From: a virus
Virus record (IMG/VR): IMGVR_UViG_3300032053_000042
Coordinates: 1-64,000 of that record
Direction: 5' to 3' (one strand)
Length of the DNA: 64,000 bases
This document shows, one piece after another, positions 56,821 to 64,000 of this stretch; the stretch's first letter is position 1, and each line of letters begins with the position of its first letter. Below the pieces are notes generated by a model. That model ran no database searches, was not told the origin of the DNA, and saw only the letters and a list, made by a program, of their open reading frames with translations. Position numbers and translations under genes: made by a program.

Positions 56821-57878
56821 TTCCACTGCTCCGACCGTCTTGTACCGATGCTGAGATTGAGGCAGTTACGAAGGTAATGCGCTCTGGTTGGTGGGGTATG
56901 GGAAAGGTCTGCGAAGAGGTTGAGGCTTTCCTAAGTAACTACTACGACTACGCGCACTGTGTAACGACCAATAGTGCCACAGCGGCGTTACATTTAGCCT
57001 TACTGTCACACAACATAGGTCCAGGAGACGAGGTTATCGTTCCGGCCTTAACCTTTATCAGTACTGCTCTAGCTGTAAGCTACGTTGGAGCCACACCGGT
57101 GTTCGCAGATATTGATCCTAGGACCTTATGTATTGATATGGCTGATGTCGAGCGTAGAATAACTCGACATACCAAGGCCATTATTGCGGTGGACTATGCA
57201 GGATATCCAGCGCTGGTCGAGAGACCAGAATATCCATTTCCGACTATTCAGGACGCGGCACACTCCTGTGGAGGAGTAGGTTACGGTGATGATATTTGCT
57301 TGAGCTTTCATCCAGTTAAGAACATAGCTACCGGTGATGGTGGAGCGATTATAACTAACGGCGAAGTGCGAGCTAATCGACTTCGAGCTTTACGTTGGTG
57401 CGGCATCGATAAAAGTACTTGGGAACGTACTACTACTCGGTACGGTTGGGATTATGATATCAACGAGATGGGATTTAAGTGTCACTGGAATGACATACAG
57501 GCGGCCATTGGGCTGGTTCAGCTACACAGAATGCCAGAGCTTCTAGCTCGTCGGCGAGCAATTGCTAAGATGTACGATGAGGGTTTGTTGGGTCTTTGTC
57601 AGTTACCGTTAGACCATCCGAAGCATACGTATCATTTGTATCCGATCAGGGTAGACGCAAGAAAGAGGAATCGAACTATTCAGCACCTTCTGTCGAAGGG
57701 GATCAGCGCTGGAGTGCATTATAAGGCTCTTACGGAATATCCGATGTACCACCAAGCCACCCCACCCGTTACGGATTATACGTGGCATCGACTAATAAGC
57801 TTACCGATCTTCTTCGATATGACGGACGAGCAGGTTAATCTAGTTATCACGACTCTAAGGGAGGTCCTTGATGGCTGA
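56817..57878 (+). CDS. DegT/DnrJ/EryC1/StrS sugar aminotransferase
   Basis: NSATAALHLAL, GDEVIVP..TF, QDAAHS, SFHPVKN..TGDGG. Confidence 0.93.
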   Translation: MIPLLRPSCTDAEIEAVTKVMRSGWWGMGKVCEEVEAFLSNYYDYAHCVTTNSATAALHLALLSHNIGPGDEVIVPALTFISTALAVSYVGATPVFADIDPRTLCIDMADVERRITRHTKAIIAVDYAGYPALVERPEYPFPTIQDAAHSCGGVGYGDDICLSFHPVKNIATGDGGAIITNGEVRANRLRALRWCGIDKSTWERTTTRYGWDYDINEMGFKCHWNDIQAAIGLVQLHRMPELLARRRAIAKMYDEGLLGLCQLPLDHPKHTYHLYPIRVDARKRNRTIQHLLSKGISAGVHYKALTEYPMYHQATPPVTDYTWHRLISLPIFFDMTDEQVNLVITTLREVLDG

Positions 57879-59097
57879 CATAGATACCCTGAGGGAACGT
57901 ATTCCTTGGCTATTTGGGCTTGGAGGCGAGCTTCTACTCATCGCCGATAAGCCTGGACGTAACTCCCTAACCGCTTCCTTAGCGAAAGAGGGCTATCGAG
58001 TTACACTTCTGGAGCCGAGACGTAACTTTGCTCGGGGAGCGGAGCGTAGTAAGGCGTTTACTAGGATTCTACAGGGGCTTCCTTACGATATTGCCGCTAT
58101 AGCATCTATGCAAGGCCTGCAGTGGGATATAGTATTATGGTACCATCGAATGGATGTAGTCTCGTATGAGGAGTTTGTGCGTAGCCTATCGCAGCTCCAG
58201 CTCGTTACTAGAAAGGTAGTCGTGGTAGGAGATCCACACCATACACGTTTCGCTAAAGATCTAGGATTGCACGACTTTCATCTCGTAGGTGATCTAGGTA
58301 TATGGTATGGAGGACAGTGGCCTTTACCAAGGCCGGCTGGGGTGGTGTCTGAGGTGGTACCTGAGGTAGCACCTGTGGTACAAACTCCCGAGCTTGTTCC
58401 ATCCCTTGCAGAACTAGGTCAGGTTACGGCGATTGTGGTTGGCTTTAACACGAAGGCTTTGACCAGGAACGCAGTAGCCACGCTGAGGCAGGCCTATCCT
58501 AAGTTGTCTGTAATTCTGTTGGATAACGCGTCGTCTGACGGATCTACACCAGATGTGGCACGACTAGCTACAAGTTATAACGTACAACCTGTACTAAACG
58601 GCACGAATATCGGCCACGGGCCCGCATTAGACCAGGGTATTCGGATGTGCAATACGCCCTACATTCTACTTTTGGACTCTGATTGTGTCGTGCATAAAGC
58701 AGGCTTTATCGAGGCTATGCTAGCTCGATTCGCGGAGGATTCTAAGTTGTATGCGGTGGGCTGGTTGCGCACTGTAGATCGCTATTCCGGGGTACCTTTG
58801 GAGTGGCACGTAGTACAACCGTCTTCAGCTCAATTCTGCCAATACGTGCACCCCAGCTGTGCCCTAATTGACCGAGCGAAGTACTTAGGTCTCCCATCGG
58901 CCTTTCATCACGGAGCTCCTATGCTACAGAATATGCGAGGAGCGGTGGATGCGGGCTATACCTTGGAAGACTTTCCTGTTGGCGAGTTCGTTGAACATCT
59001 AGTCGCAGGTACGCGAAGGATCTATCAGGGAAAATGGAACCCCCTAACGAACGAGGCTCGTGGTACGTGGCGAGCTACTGATAAGCTACCGATCTAG
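57871..59097 (+). CDS. Degenerate methyltransferase-like N-domain plus GT2 domain
   Basis: C-terminal DNASSDG, NIGHGPAL, LDSDC; close paralogue of 55547..56209. Confidence 0.75.
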   Translation: MADIDTLRERIPWLFGLGGELLLIADKPGRNSLTASLAKEGYRVTLLEPRRNFARGAERSKAFTRILQGLPYDIAAIASMQGLQWDIVLWYHRMDVVSYEEFVRSLSQLQLVTRKVVVVGDPHHTRFAKDLGLHDFHLVGDLGIWYGGQWPLPRPAGVVSEVVPEVAPVVQTPELVPSLAELGQVTAIVVGFNTKALTRNAVATLRQAYPKLSVILLDNASSDGSTPDVARLATSYNVQPVLNGTNIGHGPALDQGIRMCNTPYILLLDSDCVVHKAGFIEAMLARFAEDSKLYAVGWLRTVDRYSGVPLEWHVVQPSSAQFCQYVHPSCALIDRAKYLGLPSAFHHGAPMLQNMRGAVDAGYTLEDFPVGEFVEHLVAGTRRIYQGKWNPLTNEARGTWRATDKLPI

Positions 59098-59139
59098 ATC
59101 TTCTGGAGGGCTGCTCAAAACTGGAGAAGAGGAGGATTT

Positions 59140-61779
59140 ATGAGTTTGAAGGTCTTTATGCATCCTGAGCCAGATACGAAGCCTGAGGCCATAGGTAACG
59201 GAATACAAATGGTCGTCCAGGCGATGTATAAGCATTTACCTACTATGGACATTGAGCTGGTGTCGTCACTAGACCATGCCGACCTTTTCGCGTCACACGT
59301 AGACTCGCCCTTTAGAGTGCCAGACGTACTACACACACATGGACTCTATCCCACAGGTGAGATGGAGATGGGCGGGTGGGCTTTTGAAGTTAATGCCAGG
59401 GTTATCACGAACGCTAGACAGGCTCTGGCCGTAACGGCGCCTTCAACGTTCGTGGCGGATATTTTTGCTCGTAATCTAGGCTTTAGACCAAAGGTAATAG
59501 GTCACGGAATCGAGCCAGGCGAATGGCCTGAGCCTTCTCGACGTAACGAGCTGACAGTTCTATTCAATAAGAACCGCGCAGGGGACGTATGCTCAGCTGA
59601 ACCTGTTGAGCGTCTAGCACAGCTACGCCCGAACGTAAAGTTCATGTCGACGTTCGGTACTAAGCGTCGTAACCTTGAAATCACAGGTGCAATGCCACAT
59701 CCTGCAATGAAAGAGTTGTTATACAAGTGCGGGATATATTATGCGCCAACCAAGGAGACCTACGGTATCGGCATTCTAGAGGCCATGGCTGCGGGAATGC
59801 CTGTACTAACGTGGGACTGGGGCAACAATCCTGAGTTAGTACGACATATGGTCGATGGATACATCGTCGAGCCCTACGACTATACTGGTACCGCTAAAGG
59901 CCTTGACTGGTGTATTGAGCACTTCAGCGAGCTTACGGGGCATGCTCGAGTACAAGCCTTAACACACTCTTGGGAGGGACCGATAGCTTCATACGCTGCC
60001 CTTTATCGACAAGCGTATGCTCGCAAGCTTGCTAAGGGCCCGTTAGTATCAGTTGTGATTCCTTGTTACAATTATGGTAAGTACGTAGCCGAAGCCATAC
60101 AGTCCGTGAAAGATCAGACCCTTACAGATTGGGAGTGCATCGTAGTAGACGATGGCTCAACTGACGACTCTTTTGAAGTAGCCAAGAAGGCCACGCAGGA
60201 CGATCCTAGGTTCACAGTAATAACGCAGTTGAATGCAAAGGTAGCAAATACACGCAATCGTGGGGCCACTCGTGCTCAAGGTAAGTACCTGTGCTTCCTG
60301 GACGCCGACGACTATATGCTACCAAGGTGCTTAGAGATCCTAACAGCCGCCTTACTTAAGGACCGAACCGCTGGTATTGCCTATGGTAGGCTCAAGGAGC
60401 TCACAGATAAGGGACTAGAGGCTGGCGTCTCAAGCTGGCCTAACGACTTTAACATGACGCAGCAGCTCGCTCAACGGAATCAAGTACCGTCGTGCTGCTT
60501 GATTGAGACTAGAGCGTTCTTTCGAGCTGGTGGCTTTCGTTCTCACACTATACCAGCAGAGGATGCCGAGCTGTGGACTAGAATTCCTCTTCTAGGCTTT
60601 AACGTGATCAAGGCTACTGACGAGGCTACGTATGTTTATCGAAAGCATGGTACAAACGCTACACTAGTTCATCCAGGGATGCCTCCATGGACGGCTTGGC
60701 TTCCTGCAGCTCATAAGGGAGTTCAGCCTATTGCTAGTGTGGCTCCAGCTGCGAAGCAATCGCACCCCGTGTTCAACTACGACAGACCTTTAGTAAGCTT
60801 CGTCACACCTGTGGGACCTGGACACGAGGCTCTTGTAGGTGATGCAATTGAGTCGGTTTGCGCACAGATAGACCCTAGGTGGGAGCATATCATTATCGAC
60901 GACACAGAGGGAGGTAGTCTACAGGAGTATGGCGTTATTCCATATGCTATGAGATATCCTCACCTTAAGTGGCTACGTAGTTCAAAGCTTCACAATGTTA
61001 GTGCGGCACGTAACGCTGGTGCTAGGATGGCTAGAGGTAGGTTCCTGTGCTTCCTAGACGCTGACGACATGTTATTCAAGGAGTTCGTACGCGATACTCT
61101 ACCAATGACTATGGAGCGAGCTAAGCCTCTAGTTTACACCGACTGGATTGAGCTTCCTGAGGGTACAGTACACCAGGCGGAGAACTGGGATCCAAAGGCG
61201 CTTCAGCAACGATCTATAATGGCTGTAACCTTTCTGCACGAGAAGAGCGCCTTTACGCTCGTAGGTGGGTTCGACGAGTCCTTGGACATGTGGGAGGACT
61301 GGGATTACACAGTACGGCTTTCCTTCCTAGGCTATCAAGGTATACACGTACCCAAGCCTTTGTTCAGCTATAGCTACAATACTGGGAAGAGGCGAGAGGA
61401 AAGTCTGGAGAAGGCCAAGCAAGTAGTTAAGAGCGACGCTCGAACACCTGTGGAGACTCAGGTACCAGCACAAGTTATAGCACCACCGCCTGTGGAGGAT
61501 CCTCGATTCGCTATACATAAGGCGATACGACCACCTGCGGTTCCTCGGGCACAGGTGCAAGAGAACATGACGATTATCCAGCCTAGGTTGACTCGGCCTG
61601 GGCAAGCTAATAACGTAGGAGTACGGTATATTGGAACAGTAGCAGACACTAGGCTCTATCGAGCTCCGAGTGGGAGGAGATATCGATTCGGTTCCGGTGT
61701 ACACCAGGTACAGATGGTAATGGCCGAGGATGTTGCGCATTTTAAGGCTATGTCTGGCCTATTCGAACTTGTATCATAG
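59140..61779 (+). CDS. Tri-domain glycosyltransferase GT4-GT2-GT2 plus small C-terminal domain
   Basis: ETYGIGILEAMAAG.PV (GT4); VSVVIPCYN..DDGSTD..FLDADD; second IIDD..ARNAG..FLDADD..EDWD. Confidence 0.9.
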   Translation: MSLKVFMHPEPDTKPEAIGNGIQMVVQAMYKHLPTMDIELVSSLDHADLFASHVDSPFRVPDVLHTHGLYPTGEMEMGGWAFEVNARVITNARQALAVTAPSTFVADIFARNLGFRPKVIGHGIEPGEWPEPSRRNELTVLFNKNRAGDVCSAEPVERLAQLRPNVKFMSTFGTKRRNLEITGAMPHPAMKELLYKCGIYYAPTKETYGIGILEAMAAGMPVLTWDWGNNPELVRHMVDGYIVEPYDYTGTAKGLDWCIEHFSELTGHARVQALTHSWEGPIASYAALYRQAYARKLAKGPLVSVVIPCYNYGKYVAEAIQSVKDQTLTDWECIVVDDGSTDDSFEVAKKATQDDPRFTVITQLNAKVANTRNRGATRAQGKYLCFLDADDYMLPRCLEILTAALLKDRTAGIAYGRLKELTDKGLEAGVSSWPNDFNMTQQLAQRNQVPSCCLIETRAFFRAGGFRSHTIPAEDAELWTRIPLLGFNVIKATDEATYVYRKHGTNATLVHPGMPPWTAWLPAAHKGVQPIASVAPAAKQSHPVFNYDRPLVSFVTPVGPGHEALVGDAIESVCAQIDPRWEHIIIDDTEGGSLQEYGVIPYAMRYPHLKWLRSSKLHNVSAARNAGARMARGRFLCFLDADDMLFKEFVRDTLPMTMERAKPLVYTDWIELPEGTVHQAENWDPKALQQRSIMAVTFLHEKSAFTLVGGFDESLDMWEDWDYTVRLSFLGYQGIHVPKPLFSYSYNTGKRREESLEKAKQVVKSDARTPVETQVPAQVIAPPPVEDPRFAIHKAIRPPAVPRAQVQENMTIIQPRLTRPGQANNVGVRYIGTVADTRLYRAPSGRRYRFGSGVHQVQMVMAEDVAHFKAMSGLFELVS

Positions 61780-61788
61780 GAGGGCGCT

Positions 61789-62061
61789 ATGCCGTGTCGC
61801 AATTGCCGTCAGAAGGCACAAGCTAAGTTCTATGCAGGAGTGAAAATCAAACGGCTCGTCAACGAGCCTAACACGGATCCCGCTTCCGAGGATGAGTTCG
61901 TTGTGGAGTTTCTTGGATCTGGAACCAACGAAGTGAAGTACCGTGGACCAACTGGTAAAGCATATCGCTTTGCTGCTGGTTCGAGCGCTGTGCAGAAGAT
62001 ATGTGAGACCGATGCGCTCTTCTTTAATCAGCTGTCCATGTTTAGGGTGCATGCGGCATAA
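61789..62061 (+). CDS. Small protein (CxxC N-terminus) homologous to the C-terminal domain of the GT4-GT2-GT2 protein
   Basis: V.F.G......YRGPTGK.YRF.......I...D...F....F. Confidence 0.6.
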   Translation: MPCRNCRQKAQAKFYAGVKIKRLVNEPNTDPASEDEFVVEFLGSGTNEVKYRGPTGKAYRFAAGSSAVQKICETDALFFNQLSMFRVHAA

Positions 62062-62073
62062 CAGGAGTTCGAA

Positions 62074-63258
62074 ATGGGAATCGCAAGCACTGAAACTCTG
62101 TTGAGTCTGGACCAGTACGCGGAAATAATGGGCATCCCGCCCTCACATTTTAACCAAGCTGTCTGCGTCGATTATCCTGATGTCGACAGCTGCCATAGCA
62201 TATGGTACCAGTATAGTTGGATGAGCCCGGGCAAAGCTTCAAGGGAGGAGCTAGCTCGAGCAATTGCACAGGCTGAGACCATGATTGCTCAGCTAATGGG
62301 TGTGTGGCCTGCACCTAAGTGGCTTACAGAGGACACGCAGCCCTATCCACGGCAGCGAATGCACCAGAATAGCTTCGTAGAGTACTATCCTGCAATGTCC
62401 ACAGGGCGACGTAAGACTGTTGGAACACGATGGACTCATTTCATCGCAGGCGGACGTCGAGCAGTGGCTTCTATCGCAGCAGGTGTGACTGTAACTTATC
62501 CAGCTGCACCACATCTAGGTAGCGGTACGGCCTCGATATCAGTCGCTTATGTAGGTACTGCAACGGCTAACGAGATTGCAGTCTTTTCCTCTACGAACAC
62601 GTCGCCTAATAAGCAGATCAGGCATCTTGAGGTCACTATAGCTAGTGGAGTACTTACGATTCGTGGACGATCAGCACAGTTTCTCTTGCCAACTCTGTGG
62701 GAGGATGAAGCTCTTATCGACGGTGACGACCTTACACAGTACCTAACGACCGTGAACATCTATAGGGTGTACAACAGTGCAATCGATAACGCTGAAGCTC
62801 CTGTCGAGTTTGGCTGGCAAGCAGCCGACGCCATCGACTTACTCAAGGGCTATGGTACCTTGCAGGTCTGGGATGCTCGAGTAGGTATCGTATCACCTAT
62901 ACCTGCAGTGTGGAACGCTACTACGCTCGAGTGGGATGCAAAAGTGTTCTGTCCTGGAGATGAGCCGCATACAATGCAGCTGTTTTACAAAGCTGGTTGG
63001 ACTCTTGATCCTCAAGGCCGAATGTCGGAGCCTGTGGCGCGAGCAGTTGCAGCGTTAGCCACAGCACTCTTATCGGCTCCGGTGTGCGGATGTAGTCAGG
63101 CCGAGAAAATGTCCATATGGTGGCAAAGTTATCCCAGTAAGGACGAGCCGACGAGTTATCGGCAGATAGAGTGTCCGTGGGGTGCCCGACGTGGTGCTTA
63201 CGAGGCTTATAGAGTACTAAGCACGTTTTGGGGAAGTGCGGGAAGTATTGGTCTTTAG
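62074..63258 (+). CDS. Putative head-tail adaptor
   Basis: RE.LA.AI..AE..I...G helical N-terminus, Y.AG motif; position after the head cluster. Confidence 0.5.
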   Translation: MGIASTETLLSLDQYAEIMGIPPSHFNQAVCVDYPDVDSCHSIWYQYSWMSPGKASREELARAIAQAETMIAQLMGVWPAPKWLTEDTQPYPRQRMHQNSFVEYYPAMSTGRRKTVGTRWTHFIAGGRRAVASIAAGVTVTYPAAPHLGSGTASISVAYVGTATANEIAVFSSTNTSPNKQIRHLEVTIASGVLTIRGRSAQFLLPTLWEDEALIDGDDLTQYLTTVNIYRVYNSAIDNAEAPVEFGWQAADAIDLLKGYGTLQVWDARVGIVSPIPAVWNATTLEWDAKVFCPGDEPHTMQLFYKAGWTLDPQGRMSEPVARAVAALATALLSAPVCGCSQAEKMSIWWQSYPSKDEPTSYRQIECPWGARRGAYEAYRVLSTFWGSAGSIGL

Positions 63259-63293
63259 TTAAGTTGGTTCTTAGTTAAGAAGGAGCAATTGAA

Positions 63294-64000
63294 ATGGATC
63301 AACAGACGGGCTTCGGGCGCGTTTTTATACAGGAAAACGGCGCAAATCCAGGTAACCCCTATTCCTATCAAGGATGCGGGAAGCTTGGAGGCTTTACTGA
63401 ACCTCAGGGAGGGATCACAGCAATTAAATGTCCTTCCGCAAGTCAGTACGATGAGTTTGAAGTTGTAGGCAGTGTAAGAGGCGAAGCGGGTCTACCTACC
63501 ACCTCGCTGATTATTCGCCTTCAACCTCGACTCCGCATGTTACGTATGAAGTGTGCATTTGACATTCAGGCCCACTACGGCGAATGCACCAGTCCATCAG
63601 ATTTCCACAAGTGGACTCAGATCGTCGCTTTTGAGCAAGCACGATTTACTCAGAAGAGTAGTGGCGAGCTGACAGCTATGGAAGAGACGGAACGCGCCAC
63701 TGTCCTAGTCACAGGGGACATCACGGCCCAGAGGATCTGGTACGTCGAAACCATGACTCTGGCCGAGGTTGCACCGACAGAAGTAACCGACGAGGTCGTT
63801 GGTGTAGCCATGGATCCCCGTGTGATGTGCGGCACCTGTGGTGTTCCATCCGATGGGACACAACGGATGTTCGCAGTTGTGAAATCTCCGACAGCGACGT
63901 CCCCGGGTCTACCAGCAGAACTACTGGTATCTGAGGACGGCGGAGGTACTTGGACTCAGTACGTTATCAATACGCTTGGTCCTAGCGATGACCCATCGGG
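63294..64000 (+). CDS. Probable tail (tube) protein, 3' truncated by the window end
   Basis: AGGAG SD; open frame MDQQTGFGRVFIQ... to the end; Asp-box SEDGGGTW. Confidence 0.5.
   Translation, partial: MDQQTGFGRVFIQENGANPGNPYSYQGCGKLGGFTEPQGGITAIKCPSASQYDEFEVVGSVRGEAGLPTTSLIIRLQPRLRMLRMKCAFDIQAHYGECTSPSDFHKWTQIVAFEQARFTQKSSGELTAMEETERATVLVTGDITAQRIWYVETMTLAEVAPTEVTDEVVGVAMDPRVMCGTCGVPSDGTQRMFAVVKSPTATSPGLPAELLVSEDGGGTWTQYVINTLGPSDDPS

Noticed and set aside
6561-63258. TAG stop-codon reassignment suggested by abundant TAG/CTAG
   Set aside because: Core genes are full length in the standard code and many end at TAG followed directly by the next SD/start
145-63835. Numerous antisense or nested six-frame ORFs
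   Set aside because: They overlap well-supported genes, lack SDs and have no recognisable motifs

Overview
The window is a contiguous piece of a tailed dsDNA phage (Caudoviricetes) genome. I recognised no host housekeeping genes, rRNA, integrase or CRISPR array. Layout: (1) 1-6.3 kb (+), distal tail/fibre genes and an M23+glycoside-hydrolase endolysin, compositionally distinct from the rest. (2) 6.5-25 kb (-), replication/recombination module: SNF2 helicase, RuvC-like resolvase, two family-A DNA polymerases (one UDG-fused, one bacterial-Klenow-like), primase-helicase, DEDD exonuclease, SSB, Sak4-like ATPase, ATP ligase and PD-(D/E)XK nuclease. It carries an embedded 7-deazaguanine cluster (folE, queD, queE, a second QueD-like T-fold protein, a TGT/DpdA-like protein and a DUF1599-like protein) with no queC in the window. 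(3) 25-39 kb (-), small early genes punctuated by three non-canonical tRNA-like RNAs. (4) 34-43 kb, a divergent control region with six sigma70-type promoters, about 15 TGGTWCCA boxes, a 6x29-bp tandem repeat, mirrored paralogue families and a GG/CC-depleted gene. (5) 43-64 kb (+), packaging and head genes (TerS, TerL, portal, protease/scaffold, major capsid), then a 9-gene glycosyltransferase/aminotransferase/acetyl-/methyltransferase block between capsid and head-tail genes, then a truncated probable tail gene. The strongest candidates for undescribed biology are the capsid-linked glycan biosynthesis block, the QueC-less deazaguanine pathway with two polymerases, and the tRNA-mimic RNAs. All protein calls come from motif recognition by eye; no searches were run.
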